64,000 bases of DNA from Candidatus Yonathbacteria bacterium RIFCSPLOWO2_01_FULL_43_27 (lineage in GTDB: Bacteria > Patescibacteriota > Minisyncoccia > Phycocordibacterales > UBA1550), in NCBI GenBank assembly GCA_001823545.1, contig MHUV01000005.1, positions 15,910-79,909 on the forward strand. The letters run 5' to 3'. The notes beneath the pieces were generated by a model, which worked only from the letters and a program-made list of their open reading frames with translations, was not told the DNA's origin and did not search any database. Positions within the stretch are counted from its first letter, which is position 1, and the number at the start of each line of letters is the position of its first letter. Both the position numbers and the translations under genes were made by a program. Positions 8,068 to 18,274 of this stretch are shown here, one piece after another.

Positions 8068-9360
8068 CTACGAGCGTGCTTTCCACTCGGGCTCTTGGCG
8101 TACGAGGGTGAGATATGCCTTTTCTGGGTGTTGCATAAGTTCTTCTACAGCGCGCTCCATACGCATCGCCTGTGAACCTTTTACGAGGATTACATCTCCT
8201 TCTTTCAACATCCCCTCGAGGTACTTCCCTGCCTTTTGTGCATCATCAAACTCAAGAATATGCTTTTCGCTCATACCGCCTTCGAGCGCGCCCTCGGCAA
8301 TATACTTTGCCCGTGGGCCAACCGCGAAAAGCATATCTGCATTTTCTCCTACCGCAATGCCAAGCTTTTTATGTTCATCGACAGCAAATTTACCAAGCTC
8401 GAGCATATCACCCAAAACGGCAATCCTACGCGCCTTGGTCTTCACATCGCCAAGCACGAGCACTGCAGCGAGTGCCGCAGAAGGTGACGAGTTGTAAGTA
8501 TCATCAATAATGGTTGTGTTTTTAATACCCTCAATCACGCGCATACGGCCAGGGGGACTTTCATGTGCGGAAAGCGCATTTATACTATCCACAATATTCA
8601 GTTTCAAGTACGTGCCAACCGCAAGCGCTGCGAGTGCCGCATACACCGGCTGGGTACCAAGAACACCACGCACGGTCACGGGGAACGTATTACCGTTATA
8701 CTCAAGCTTAAACGTCGTACCTACGGGACGACTTTTTTCATACACAATGTGCGCATTGGTTGCGCGGAACATTGCCTGCTCGTCAAAACCAAAGGTAATA
8801 ACGCGTGCTTTGGTTTTTTCACGGAGCGCAAGCACGCGTTCGTCGTCGGCATTCAGTACGAGCATGCCCGTCTTTTTTAACCCTTTTACAATTTCTTCTT
8901 TTTCTTCAAAAAGTTCTTTGACTGATTTAAAAAACTCCACGTGTGCCGGCACGTCCCCAAAGTATGTCATCACGACAATATCTGAGTGCATCCATTTTGC
9001 AATACGTGCAATATCCCCTGGTTTTCCCGCAGCAATTTCAAGGACAAGCCACTTTGGATAATGCACGCGCGCCAGAAGCTGTACCAAACCGTGCACAAGG
9101 TTATTGAACCAGAGAACTGGATTTGCCCATGCATTTTCACAGCCGAGCACGGTGAGCGGAACACCGATCTCGCTGTTGAAACTCTTTGCACTTTTACGCG
9201 CAACGAGTGGGCGACCGATCACGGTAAAGATAGCATCCTTAGTAGAAGTCTTCCCTACACTTCCCGTTACAGAAACTATTTTTGGTTTATATTTACGAAG
9301 AACAAGTTTTGCTTCTCCTTCAAGGAGCGTGATAGCAAGAGGGCGTAAAAGTGATTTCAT
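8068..9360 (-). CDS. murF: UDP-N-acetylmuramoyl-tripeptide--D-alanyl-D-alanine ligase
   Basis: Mur ligase motifs VTGSVGKTSTK and DDTYNSSP are present, and the gene sits in the dcw cluster. Confidence 0.85.
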   Translation of the reverse strand: MKSLLRPLAITLLEGEAKLVLRKYKPKIVSVTGSVGKTSTKDAIFTVIGRPLVARKSAKSFNSEIGVPLTVLGCENAWANPVLWFNNLVHGLVQLLARVHYPKWLVLEIAAGKPGDIARIAKWMHSDIVVMTYFGDVPAHVEFFKSVKELFEEKEEIVKGLKKTGMLVLNADDERVLALREKTKARVITFGFDEQAMFRATNAHIVYEKSRPVGTTFKLEYNGNTFPVTVRGVLGTQPVYAALAALAVGTYLKLNIVDSINALSAHESPPGRMRVIEGIKNTTIIDDTYNSSPSAALAAVLVLGDVKTKARRIAVLGDMLELGKFAVDEHKKLGIAVGENADMLFAVGPRAKYIAEGALEGGMSEKHILEFDDAQKAGKYLEGMLKEGDVILVKGSQAMRMERAVEELMQHPEKAYLTLVRQEPEWKARS

Positions 9361-9420
9361 ATTTCAAAAGTAATACTTACAAAAAGTCAGATTGGTAATA
9401 CATACCGGCACATTCATTTC

Positions 9421-11136
9421 TTATCGATCGGGCGGTATCTCATAATAGTTTATCAGAAATTTCGCAATTTGCGTAAACGGTTTTGCGAGCGTATGTGATG
9501 CATACTGTTCTTTCTGAGGATTGCGCACGGCGAGAAAAACGACAAACTTTGGTGCGTACGAAGGAAAATATCCGACAAACGTGTGCAGATAATCCGTTTC
9601 AGAATATTTTCCATTTACCACCTGTTGTGCAGTTCCTGTTTTGGCGGCAATAGAGTAGTGCTCTTGTTTAAGGGAACCGTCGAGAAGTGCCGTGTCGACC
9701 GCCTTGGTCAACATACGAGAAATTTCTTGCGAAGTTTCTTTACTGATGACACGTCGCTCTCCCCCTGGAACAAACTCGCGTACCGACCCAAACCCGTATT
9801 CCACGCGTTTTACGACGTGCGGTGATACAAGCACGCCACCATTTCCCAGCGCGGCAAACGCGCGGATCGTCGCGATCGGGGTAAGTGAAATTCCTTGCCC
9901 AAATGATGCCGTCGCAAACTCGATATCACGATCACTATCAAGGTTCTCGAGGTTCCCTAACCCTTCGTTTGGAAGATCGATTCCTGTTTCCTCTCCAAGC
10001 CCAAATGACTCAAAATAGCTACGAAAACGCTCTTTTCCCAAGCGCTCCATTGCAAACGCTGAGCCAGTATTGAGTGACTGATTCAACACTACCTGCATAT
10101 TCACAACACCGCGCGCCTTGTCATCAAAGTTCGATATTTTTTTTGTATTGAAAATACGAAATCCTTTATCGTCGTACGTCGTCTGCGCGGTGATGACGCG
10201 CGCGTCAAGACCCGCAGCGATCGTAAATGCTTTTATGATTGATCCCATTTCGTACACGCCCTCGACAAGTGGATTTACAAAAACATTTTGATTGCGTTCT
10301 TTTGAAAAATTATTTGGGTCAAAGGAGGGTGTTGATGCCATTGCTACGATAGCTCCTGTTGTAGGATCCATAATAATCCCCATTGCTTGTCCTGCGTGAT
10401 ATTTTTTTAACACGTCTTCTTCAAGCGCGCGTTCGAGCATCCCCTGTACGGTTGGTTCGATGGTCATTACCAACTCCCCTGCACGAGCGCGATCGAGAAT
10501 AATAGCTTCTCCGGCTTTCAAAAAAAGGTTGGCAAAGAACCCTAGTGAACCATCCGCATCTTTACGAAAGAGTGTTCCATTATAATAGCGTTCGAGCCCA
10601 TACTGCCCTTCCACGGGGCCACCGTTCGAACCGATAAAGCCAATGACTTGCGACGCGGTACGTCCGAGCGGATAGAAACGCTTTTTATCTTTTTTTAGGA
10701 CGAACGCCTGTTCACCAAGTGCTTTAATCTGATCTGCCTCTTTCTCTGAAAGATGTTTTTTAATTTCCTTATATCGACTTCCTGTTTGTACTGCCTTTGC
10801 AATAAAATCTGCTCGGTCGAAGGAGTCTATGAATGGCGCGAGTTTATCCGCAAGTGCTTCTACACCACCCGCCTTTATGAGTGAGGGGTCAATCGCGAGC
10901 GTATAGTCAGGCACAACGGTTGCTGCAGAAATAGTACGTCCTGTTTTCTCTTCAAAGAAAATAGAGCCGCGATCAAAAAATCCGCCTTCAGGAAGCGTGT
11001 ATTGACGTTCTGCTTTTACACGATATGTTTCGCCCTGCACAATTTGAATGTAACCCAATTTAGCAACAAGAACAACGGTTAACAAAAGAATTCCCGTATT
11101 AATGAACCAAATGTTTCTCAGTGTGCCATTCTTCAT
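9421..11136 (-). CDS. ftsI: Penicillin-binding protein, transpeptidase (FtsI-like)
   Basis: SxxK (GSIIKAF), SxN (NQSLNTG) and KTG (AKTGTA) motifs are present, with an N-terminal TM helix, in dcw cluster position. Confidence 0.8.
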   Translation of the reverse strand: MKNGTLRNIWFINTGILLLTVVLVAKLGYIQIVQGETYRVKAERQYTLPEGGFFDRGSIFFEEKTGRTISAATVVPDYTLAIDPSLIKAGGVEALADKLAPFIDSFDRADFIAKAVQTGSRYKEIKKHLSEKEADQIKALGEQAFVLKKDKKRFYPLGRTASQVIGFIGSNGGPVEGQYGLERYYNGTLFRKDADGSLGFFANLFLKAGEAIILDRARAGELVMTIEPTVQGMLERALEEDVLKKYHAGQAMGIIMDPTTGAIVAMASTPSFDPNNFSKERNQNVFVNPLVEGVYEMGSIIKAFTIAAGLDARVITAQTTYDDKGFRIFNTKKISNFDDKARGVVNMQVVLNQSLNTGSAFAMERLGKERFRSYFESFGLGEETGIDLPNEGLGNLENLDSDRDIEFATASFGQGISLTPIATIRAFAALGNGGVLVSPHVVKRVEYGFGSVREFVPGGERRVISKETSQEISRMLTKAVDTALLDGSLKQEHYSIAAKTGTAQQVVNGKYSETDYLHTFVGYFPSYAPKFVVFLAVRNPQKEQYASHTLAKPFTQIAKFLINYYEIPPDR

Positions 11137-11438
11137 TATTGCGCTAAAGAAAACTTATCATGCGTAGTATGAGAAAATTTTGCCGTCACCTCCTTGAAAC
11201 CGAGGTCACTTGCGTGCGCAAGTGTAACGCTATTTTGAAGGTGCATGTATTCCTGCTCAAGCATACTTGCCTGTGTGGTCATTTCACGCATCTGAGAAAC
11301 AACACGGTCACGCTCAACACCGGCCACGGTGAGCGAAATGACAAAATAAAAATATAAAAAGAATGACAACCCTAAAAATCCCACAAGGAGCCAGAATAAT
11401 TTTCTTTCGAGATTGTTGACGAGAATTTTTGTGGTCAT
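11136..11438 (-). CDS. ftsL: Cell division protein FtsL-like (small bitopic membrane protein)
   Basis: A 100-aa protein with a single TM helix plus a coiled region, located between rsmH and ftsI. Confidence 0.5.
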   Translation of the reverse strand: MTTKILVNNLERKLFWLLVGFLGLSFFLYFYFVISLTVAGVERDRVVSQMREMTTQASMLEQEYMHLQNSVTLAHASDLGFKEVTAKFSHTTHDKFSLAQ

Positions 11439-11441
11439 ATA

Positions 11442-12347
11442 TTAAGGTGTTGTTGTAGATAGTTTTTCAATGATACGTAACTTTGCACTGCGGGACTTTG
11501 GATTTCGTTCGAGTTCTTCGTCACTCGGGGTAATGGGTCTCTTTACCACAAGGGTACCTTTCCCTTCATCCGCATATGTTCTAAAAAAATTCTTCACCAT
11601 GCGGTCTTCTAAACTATGAAATGAGATGATCGCCATACGCCCTCCTGGTGCTAGGCGCGCGAACCCTTTCGTGATCCCATCGCGGAGCGCACCCAGCTCA
11701 TCATTTACGGCAATGCGAATTGCTTGAAACACTTTGGTTGCGGGGTGAATCTTTCCGAATCGCGCAAATACCGGTACGGCATTTTTTACAATCTCGGCAA
11801 GCTCCCCCGTGGTCTCGATAGGTTTTGCGGTGCGTGCGCTTACAATTGCTTGTGCAATACGCCATGCAAATCGTTCCTCTCCATACCCTGTAAAAATATC
11901 AGTGAGAGTATCTGCACCCCACTCGTTGACGATTTCGCGCGCGGTGAGGTCGTCCTCACGCGGGGTCACACGAAATGTCATACGAAGTGGCTCGTCGCGC
12001 TTGAAAGAAAACCCTCTCCCTGGTTCCTCAAGCTGAAGATTGGAAAGACCGATATCAAAAAGCATCTTATCAACAAAAGGCATGCCTTCTTCGTCGAGCA
12101 CGCGGTCAAGATTTCTAAAATTTTCTAATTTAAAAATCTTCTTGCAAGAATAGGGAGCTAAACGCTCCTCGGCGCGTGCGAGGGCATTTTCGTCCTCGTC
12201 AGTACCAACGTACACTCCCTCGGCGCCAATCTTTTTGCAGATTTCTTCGCTATGCCCACCAAGACCAACGGTCCCTTCAAAGACACGGTCTCCGGTCTGT
12301 AGCACAAGTCCATCAAGTGTTTCTTGTAAAAGAACAGGGATATGCAT
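11442..12347 (-). CDS. rsmH: 16S rRNA (cytosine1402-N4)-methyltransferase
   Basis: Begins MHIPVLLQETLDGL and carries the DGTVGLGGHS motif. Confidence 0.85.
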   Translation of the reverse strand: MHIPVLLQETLDGLVLQTGDRVFEGTVGLGGHSEEICKKIGAEGVYVGTDEDENALARAEERLAPYSCKKIFKLENFRNLDRVLDEEGMPFVDKMLFDIGLSNLQLEEPGRGFSFKRDEPLRMTFRVTPREDDLTAREIVNEWGADTLTDIFTGYGEERFAWRIAQAIVSARTAKPIETTGELAEIVKNAVPVFARFGKIHPATKVFQAIRIAVNDELGALRDGITKGFARLAPGGRMAIISFHSLEDRMVKNFFRTYADEGKGTLVVKRPITPSDEELERNPKSRSAKLRIIEKLSTTTP

Positions 12348-12352
12348 ACGGT

Positions 12353-12787
12353 TTACAATATCCCAACCTCTCCTAATTTCTCGGCCAACGCATCTGCTTG
12401 CTTTTCAATGCGCTCCTTATACGCACCCCATACTTTTTCATCCCACAACTCAACACGATCGTGGACACCAATAACAGCTACTGATGTCTGGAACCCTGCA
12501 AATGTTTTCAAAAAATCGGGGACCAAAATACGACCAATTGAATCTATATCACTTTCAACAGCACCTGCGAGCATAAAGCGCCCAAACCCGCGTGTATCTG
12601 CTTGCCCCATCGGAAGGAGCGCAATTTTCTCACTCACCTTTTGCCATGCCTTGAGTGGATATACAAAAAGACAGTTGTCTAATCCACGCGTAATGACCAC
12701 TTTCTTGCCAAGTTCTTTACGAAACTTGGACGGAAGCGCGAGGCGCTTTTTTGGGTCAAGTGTGTGAATGTATTCTCCGATAAGCAT
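12353..12787 (-). CDS. mraZ: Transcriptional regulator MraZ
   Basis: Duplicated DxxxR motifs (LDPKKRLALP... / DSIGRILVP) in a 144-aa protein; first gene of the dcw cluster. Confidence 0.8.
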   Translation of the reverse strand: MLIGEYIHTLDPKKRLALPSKFRKELGKKVVITRGLDNCLFVYPLKAWQKVSEKIALLPMGQADTRGFGRFMLAGAVESDIDSIGRILVPDFLKTFAGFQTSVAVIGVHDRVELWDEKVWGAYKERIEKQADALAEKLGEVGIL

Positions 12788-13003
12788 GAAGATATTCTTA
12801 GTGAGTGAAGCGAGGAATGACCACCACCACAGCCCTAGTTTTGAATTATCGAAATTTCAATCACTCAAAACTAGAGCTGGATGGAAATTTAAACAGTCGC
12901 TTACGCTCTTTTTAAATTATCCACTTCATCCCACTTATCTACTATTTTATAGCACTTCACCCCACTCTGCAAGAAAAGTTATCCACACATCTACACAAAA
13001 AAA

Positions 13004-13026
13004 GGCCCAAGAAACTGGGCCTTTTT
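13004..13026. terminator. Bidirectional rho-independent terminator
   Basis: AAAAAAA-GGCCCA-agaaac-TGGGCC-TTTTT. Confidence 0.65.
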
Positions 13027-13054
13027 ACAAAAAAATAATAAAACGTAGTTACCG

Positions 13055-13210
13055 TTACTCCTCCTCGCCGACAAGGGCAAAGGGAGTATCATCGAAAAAG
13101 AGCTTGCGAACATCTTTCCTGTTCATGGCATGGGGGCGCTCAGCCAGAGGCTTCGTTTTTTCCCTGTTCAGTTTGTTCAGGTTCATTGTAATCTCTCCTT
13201 TCGTCGCCAT
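13055..13210 (-). CDS. Hypothetical small protein (51 aa) between lysS and the terminator
   Basis: GGAGGAGCGTGCAATG gives an RBS ahead of MATKGEITMNLNKLNREKTKPLAERPHAMNRKDVRKLFFDDTPFALVGEEE, and the terminator follows directly. Confidence 0.3.
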   Translation of the reverse strand: MATKGEITMNLNKLNREKTKPLAERPHAMNRKDVRKLFFDDTPFALVGEEE

Positions 13211-13290
13211 TGCACGCTCCTCCTTTTTTTAGAGTTACTAGTTGAACTGCAAAAATCTGAAAAAAATTATAGCACACTCACAGAAAATTA

Positions 13291-14769
13291 CTATCCTTGT
13301 TTTGGGCGCACAAGGGGGAATGCTTGTGTGTCGCGAAGTGGCTTATCAGAAAGAAAAGCAAACAATCGGTCACCAAAACCAAAGCCACACGTTGGAGGCA
13401 TTCCGTGTTCAAGCATTTCGACAAAATCCCAATCAGCCATCATTGCTTCTTTGTCTCCTTTTGCTAAAAGTTCCTGCTGAACTTCAAAACGCTTTCTCTG
13501 ATCGAGAGGATCATTGAGCTCGCTGTACCCCTTTCCTAACTCACTACCCGCAAGAATAGGTTGAAAGACTTGCGCCGTCGTGCCATCAATATTCTTTTTT
13601 GCAAGCGGTGCAACAAGGAGTGGATGATTTACCAAAAATGCGGGGCCAGCAATATTTTTTCGGCAGTACTTCCACAACGTATCGGTCAAACGTTCACGAT
13701 TATTGCCATCGTATTTTACTTTGAGCTCGGCGAGTTTATTCTTGATGTCATCATCAGATGCCGTAGCAAGATCAATGCCCGTTTGTCGCAATACCTCTTC
13801 TCGGTAATCAACTTTCCGCCATTCATCCGCAAGATCAAATGTATGTCCACGCGTCGTAAATGTTGTAGTGCCAAAAACCTCACGCGCAATCGTGCGATAG
13901 AGCTCTTGTACAAGCTTCATACCATCATCATAGTTTGCGTACGCCATATAAAATTCACAGTTTGTAAATTCTTGCATATGCTCAGGCGAAGAACCTTCAT
14001 TGCGATACACGCGACCAACTTCAAATGTTTTAGGAAACCCAGCGGACATCAATCGCTTTTGCCAAAGTTCACCAACAGAAATACGCATAAATACATCGAG
14101 ATCAAAGTCATTATGATGCGTCATAAACGGACGTGCCTCAGCACCACCGGTGGTAACCTCGAGCGTTGGTGTTTCAACTTCCAAGAAACCTTTCTCAATC
14201 AAAAAGGTTCGAATGGTTTGCCAAAATTTTGCCTTGCGTTCAAACATCTCACGAAGTTCTGGGCTCGTGAGAATATCGAGGTAGCGCAAACGAAGACGGA
14301 GTTCTTCGTCCTGAAGACCATGATATTTATCAGGAAGTGGGAGAAGTGCTTTTGAAAGCATCGATACGTCCCGTCCAAGAATACTTTTTTGTCCTGTTTT
14401 AGTAGCAAAGAGTATACCGCGTACTTCAATAAAATCTCCGATATCAACAAACCGTTCATAAAAATCACGAACAGATTCTGGTGTCTCGGGAAGCTTGATG
14501 ACGACTTGGAGTTTTGCGGTACCATCAAAGAGATCTGCAAAGATGAGTGCGCCTTGTCCACGTGACGCCATCACGCGTCCTGCCACGACTACTTCTTCTT
14601 CACGAGAAGCACGTGCATCAAAATCGTCTAAAATATCACGGATGAAATGAGTTTTTTGAGAAGTTGCTGGATACGCCGAAACACCCTCAGAGATGAGATC
14701 GTTTAATTTCTTCAAGCGCTCAGCGCGAATTTCTTCAAGAGAAGCCATGTGAGAATATACGAAATCCAT
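13291..14769 (-). CDS. lysS: Lysyl-tRNA synthetase (class II)
   Basis: Class II motifs are present, for example FEVGRVYRNEGSSPEHMQEFTNCEFYMAY, along with an anticodon-binding OB N-terminus. Confidence 0.9.
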   Translation of the reverse strand: MDFVYSHMASLEEIRAERLKKLNDLISEGVSAYPATSQKTHFIRDILDDFDARASREEEVVVAGRVMASRGQGALIFADLFDGTAKLQVVIKLPETPESVRDFYERFVDIGDFIEVRGILFATKTGQKSILGRDVSMLSKALLPLPDKYHGLQDEELRLRLRYLDILTSPELREMFERKAKFWQTIRTFLIEKGFLEVETPTLEVTTGGAEARPFMTHHNDFDLDVFMRISVGELWQKRLMSAGFPKTFEVGRVYRNEGSSPEHMQEFTNCEFYMAYANYDDGMKLVQELYRTIAREVFGTTTFTTRGHTFDLADEWRKVDYREEVLRQTGIDLATASDDDIKNKLAELKVKYDGNNRERLTDTLWKYCRKNIAGPAFLVNHPLLVAPLAKKNIDGTTAQVFQPILAGSELGKGYSELNDPLDQRKRFEVQQELLAKGDKEAMMADWDFVEMLEHGMPPTCGFGFGDRLFAFLSDKPLRDTQAFPLVRPKQG

Positions 14770-14770
14770 A

Positions 14771-14834
14771 TTAGCTCCTCGGCTCGGAAATGGAAAGAGT
14801 ACTTTTCATTTCACTCGCTCTACGTCGCTAATAA
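14771..14834 (-). promoter_or_regulatory. lysS 5' leader element, copy B: hairpin plus GGAGG RBS
   Basis: In minus orientation it reads UUAUUAGCGACGUAGAGCGAG-[GAAAUGAAAAG/CUCUUUCCAUUUC hairpin]-CGAGCCGAGGAGCUAAU-AUG(lysS). Confidence 0.5.
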
Positions 14835-14863
14835 TGGGCGCACTGACCCTAAAACGTGATGAA

Positions 14864-15367
14864 TTATTTTACATCCACCACCACACACGAAACCATACCA
14901 TTTGGCGTCTCACAAGATACCTTGTCACCTTTTTCTTTACCAATGAGTGCTGCACCGAGAGGTGACTTATTTGAGATTTTTCCTTCGCGTGTATTTGCCT
15001 CCTCTGAGCCTACAATGCGATACACATGTTCTTTTTTATCGCTACCCTTTTGGATCGTGACGGTCGAACCAATCCCAACAACACCATTCTTGTGTTTACT
15101 GGTAATTTCAACACTTTTAAGGAGCGTTTCAAGCTTCAAAATACGCTCTTCTGTTTCTGCCTGATTTTGGCGTGCCTCGTGATATTCAGCATTTTCTGAA
15201 AGATCACCAAGACCCTTTGCGAACTCGAGCTGTTCTGCAATCTCCTTACGGCGTACGCTTTTTAAGTGATTAAGCTCTTTCTCAAGCTCATTAAATTTTT
15301 CTTGGCTCAAATATTCTTTTTCGTTTGACATAATGACTATAGTATTCGTTTTTGGGTCAAAAGTCAA
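14864..15367 (-). CDS. greA: Transcription elongation factor GreA
   Basis: An N-terminal coiled-coil (YLSQEKFNELEKELNHLK, DLSENAEYHEARQ) is followed by a C-terminal FKBP-like domain. Confidence 0.85.
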   Translation of the reverse strand: MTFDPKTNTIVIMSNEKEYLSQEKFNELEKELNHLKSVRRKEIAEQLEFAKGLGDLSENAEYHEARQNQAETEERILKLETLLKSVEITSKHKNGVVGIGSTVTIQKGSDKKEHVYRIVGSEEANTREGKISNKSPLGAALIGKEKGDKVSCETPNGMVSCVVVDVK

Positions 15368-15385
15368 ACTAAGGGTAAAACAGGA

Positions 15386-16210
15386 TTAGACACCACTAAG
15401 GGCAACAAGATTTCGAAAAATCATCGCCACCGTAAGTGGACCAACCCCTCCTGGTACAGAGGTGAACAAACGCGCGATATCTTCACAGCGAGGATCGGCG
15501 TCTCCCACAATCACCCCTTTAGACTCGCTCGTTCCTGCGTCAATAAGCACTACCCCCTCTTTAAGCATCTCGGGTTTGAGGTATCCTGCCTGCCCCATAC
15601 CAGAAACCACAATGTCCGCTTCGCGAAGGCATGCGTGCATCAAGCTTGCTTCTGTTGTTTTATCAAAAACACTTACGCGTCCACCACACGCACGGAACCA
15701 CACCTCTGCCGGCGCACCAACAAGCCGACCACTCCCAAGGACTGCAACGTTACGCCCTTGTATCTCAACATCATATCGACGACAAATTTCCGCAATCGCT
15801 CCGACCACGGGTGGCAATACATCGAATGCCCCATCTGAAAAAAGTCGATTCGCGTGCGAAGACAGAACATCAACATCTTTTGATGACGCAATAAGGTCGA
15901 GCACCTTTGTCGTATCGAGATGAGGAGAAAGGGGTAACTGTATAATGATGCCTGTTACGGATGGATCAGTATTGAGGTCTTGTATTGTTTTTTCAAGAAG
16001 AGTAAACGAAACATCTGCCGAAAACGTTTTTTCAGAAAACGCTACGCCAATATGTTCTGCAAACCCTCGTTTAATATTTACAAATTTTTGCACAACAGGA
16101 TCGTCCCCCACTGATATCACGACGAGATGATACGACTTCCCACTCTGTGCGAGACCCTCTCGCAGTTCTTGTTTTAGAATATCCCGAATTTCATTTCCGT
16201 TGATACGCAT
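15386..16210 (-). CDS. folD: Methylenetetrahydrofolate dehydrogenase/cyclohydrolase
   Basis: GRNVAVLGSGRLVGAP and SVPGGVGPLTVAMI motifs are present. Confidence 0.85.
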   Translation of the reverse strand: MRINGNEIRDILKQELREGLAQSGKSYHLVVISVGDDPVVQKFVNIKRGFAEHIGVAFSEKTFSADVSFTLLEKTIQDLNTDPSVTGIIIQLPLSPHLDTTKVLDLIASSKDVDVLSSHANRLFSDGAFDVLPPVVGAIAEICRRYDVEIQGRNVAVLGSGRLVGAPAEVWFRACGGRVSVFDKTTEASLMHACLREADIVVSGMGQAGYLKPEMLKEGVVLIDAGTSESKGVIVGDADPRCEDIARLFTSVPGGVGPLTVAMIFRNLVALSGV

Positions 16211-16215
16211 AGGAA

Positions 16216-17994
16216 CTAATTTTTATTCGCTGTTACGTATTCCGGTGCGTTCGCGTGTATCCAATCAAGCAACGTTCGCATTACAAACACGCCTCCAATA
16301 GAATTATCATGGGGACCACGCTCCATTACTACCGCGAATGCATATTTCGGTTTATCATACGGAAAAAAACCAACAACCCATGAGTTAATATATTTTTTCT
16401 GACTGCCGAGCTCAGCAGTACCCGTCTTTCCTGCTACCTCTACATAAGGAACGTTGAGGCCGACAACCGTACCGTCAGTCACGGCATCACGCATACCCGC
16501 ACGTACGACTTCGAAATGCTGTGTGGGGATAGAAATCTGTACTGGAGAAAGTACAGGCGCGGGATCACGAACTAAATGTGGCGTAACAAGCGTTCCATTA
16601 TTTGCGACGCCTGCCACCATACGCACCGCTTGAATAAGTGTCGCCTGAAATCCATACTGACCAATAACGGTATGATAGGTATTCCCCAGGCGCCACGGCT
16701 CGCCATTGAATGTTTTTGCTTTCCACGCAGGGCTAGGAATGGTTCCCTCTTTTTCTCCCGCAATATCAATTCCCGTGGGAGCACCGAGTCCAAATAACCG
16801 CGCGTATTTTTCAATATTTTCAATACCCATACCACGCTGACTCTCATACCCACCACCGATACTGTAAAAATATACGTCAGAAGAAACAGCGAGCGCACGT
16901 CGCATATCAGTCCACCCGTGAACCTTCCAGTCGTTAAAAACGGTCTTCGTTGCTGGATTGTATGGATTGGGAATCGAAATCGAACCCGCACTCAAAATCT
17001 GCTTTTCTGGAGAAATAATGCCTTCATTGAGCGCAGCAATTGCCATCACGGGTTTTATAATAGAACCTGGTGTGTAAAGTCCGGACACGGCACGATCAAG
17101 GAACACCGCACGCTTATCTAATTGATATTCTTGAATTTTTTTCTTATTCGTACCATCAGAAAGAATCGAACTTTCATATTCAGGATAGCTCGTCATCGCA
17201 ATAAGTTCCCCTGTCTCAACATCCATGAGCGCTCCCGAACCCGCCATATACCCATGACTCTCTGCAAGATCTCTGATGGTAGTGTAGAGTTTTTCTTGCA
17301 CTTTTGCATCAACACTTAAGACGAGTGCTCTCCCATCCTTCGGCTCGTCAATAATACTCCCCGGCTGAACAACACCGAGCGCATCACGCTCTACAATCTG
17401 AATACCATTTTCGCCTGCGATAATATCTTGATACTGCTCTTCAAGACCATCTTTACCGAGATACTCTTCTTGATAAAAATTTCCTTTTCTATCCTGTTTT
17501 GGATAGCTTACGTACCCAAGAAGATGCCCAAACCCTGGGGATGAAATATAGCGTCGTTCGGGGAACGGAAGCTGTGTTGTAGTAGTTCCGCTCGGAGAAG
17601 AAAGAACTTCATCGCCAAATGAATTCCATGTAAGGAATGTTTTGTTACGATCAGAAATAATCCCTCGCATAGCAAATAACGGGGAATGATCAAGGCGGTT
17701 GTTTTCACTTTTCGAATAAAACTCTTCACCATGCACCACCTGCAAACTAATAACTTTTGTAAAAAAAATAATTTCAATAAGGAGAAACGCTATCGCAACA
17801 CCGATAGCAGTTCCCGTACCAAGGGGTTGCTCGATACGTCCCTCAAATTGGTCTTTATCAAAGTTGGGAAGATTTTTTGCATCAAGAAAAATCTCGTCGG
17901 GATCAATGTCACGAGAAAGCTGTTTGAGGTATTGAGATGAAAGTGGTCTTCTTTTAAAATTAAACATTTTTATTTCGGGGAACATCACACACAA
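16216..17994 (-). CDS. mrdA: Penicillin-binding protein 2 (elongasome transpeptidase)
   Basis: SxxK (GSIIKPV) and KTG (AGKTGTAE) motifs are present, and the gene follows mreBCD. Confidence 0.8.
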   Translation of the reverse strand: MCVMFPEIKMFNFKRRPLSSQYLKQLSRDIDPDEIFLDAKNLPNFDKDQFEGRIEQPLGTGTAIGVAIAFLLIEIIFFTKVISLQVVHGEEFYSKSENNRLDHSPLFAMRGIISDRNKTFLTWNSFGDEVLSSPSGTTTTQLPFPERRYISSPGFGHLLGYVSYPKQDRKGNFYQEEYLGKDGLEEQYQDIIAGENGIQIVERDALGVVQPGSIIDEPKDGRALVLSVDAKVQEKLYTTIRDLAESHGYMAGSGALMDVETGELIAMTSYPEYESSILSDGTNKKKIQEYQLDKRAVFLDRAVSGLYTPGSIIKPVMAIAALNEGIISPEKQILSAGSISIPNPYNPATKTVFNDWKVHGWTDMRRALAVSSDVYFYSIGGGYESQRGMGIENIEKYARLFGLGAPTGIDIAGEKEGTIPSPAWKAKTFNGEPWRLGNTYHTVIGQYGFQATLIQAVRMVAGVANNGTLVTPHLVRDPAPVLSPVQISIPTQHFEVVRAGMRDAVTDGTVVGLNVPYVEVAGKTGTAELGSQKKYINSWVVGFFPYDKPKYAFAVVMERGPHDNSIGGVFVMRTLLDWIHANAPEYVTANKN

Positions 17995-17997
17995 GCA

Positions 17998-18270
17998 CTA
18001 CCGCAACTCTTTCTTGATTTTTTCAATAATCACAAACAGCACAAACGCGCCTATCACACCCATTATGCCATATCCTGCCATTACTCCACCCCGTGTCCCA
18101 TACAAGAGATCGAACACGATCCCGAGTACGATCATTTCATAATAATTCTTAAAGTAAAAAGTACCTAACGCGATGCCAGTGAGCGCCATCCACCATGGCG
18201 AATATAAAATAAGTGCAACAAAAAATAGAGTAAGGAGTATGCGTGTAGTCATAAGTTCTATTCCAAACAA
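17998..18270 (-). CDS. mreD: MreD-like small polytopic membrane protein
   Basis: A 90-aa hydrophobic protein in the canonical position between mreC and mrdA. Confidence 0.45.
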   Translation of the reverse strand: MFGIELMTTRILLTLFFVALILYSPWWMALTGIALGTFYFKNYYEMIVLGIVFDLLYGTRGGVMAGYGIMGVIGAFVLFVIIEKIKKELR

Positions 18271-18274
18271 TACA

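Noticed and set aside
8009-9373. Multiple 80-180-aa plus-strand ORFs inside murF (and similar ones inside ftsI, mrdA, mreB, gatB, pheT)
   Set aside because: These are antisense shadow ORFs within high-GC housekeeping genes whose own protein motifs are unambiguous.
12768-13232. 154-aa plus-strand ORF across the mraZ promoter region and terminator
   Set aside because: It runs through a strong bidirectional terminator and overlaps the better-supported minus-strand small ORF; it has no RBS.
14770-14863. T-box or lysine riboswitch upstream of lysS; T-box upstream of thrS (37623-37749)
   Set aside because: The leaders are only about 95 and 60-125 nt, too short for T-box (over 200 nt) or L-box architectures, and no T-box consensus (AGGGTGGNACCGCG) is seen.
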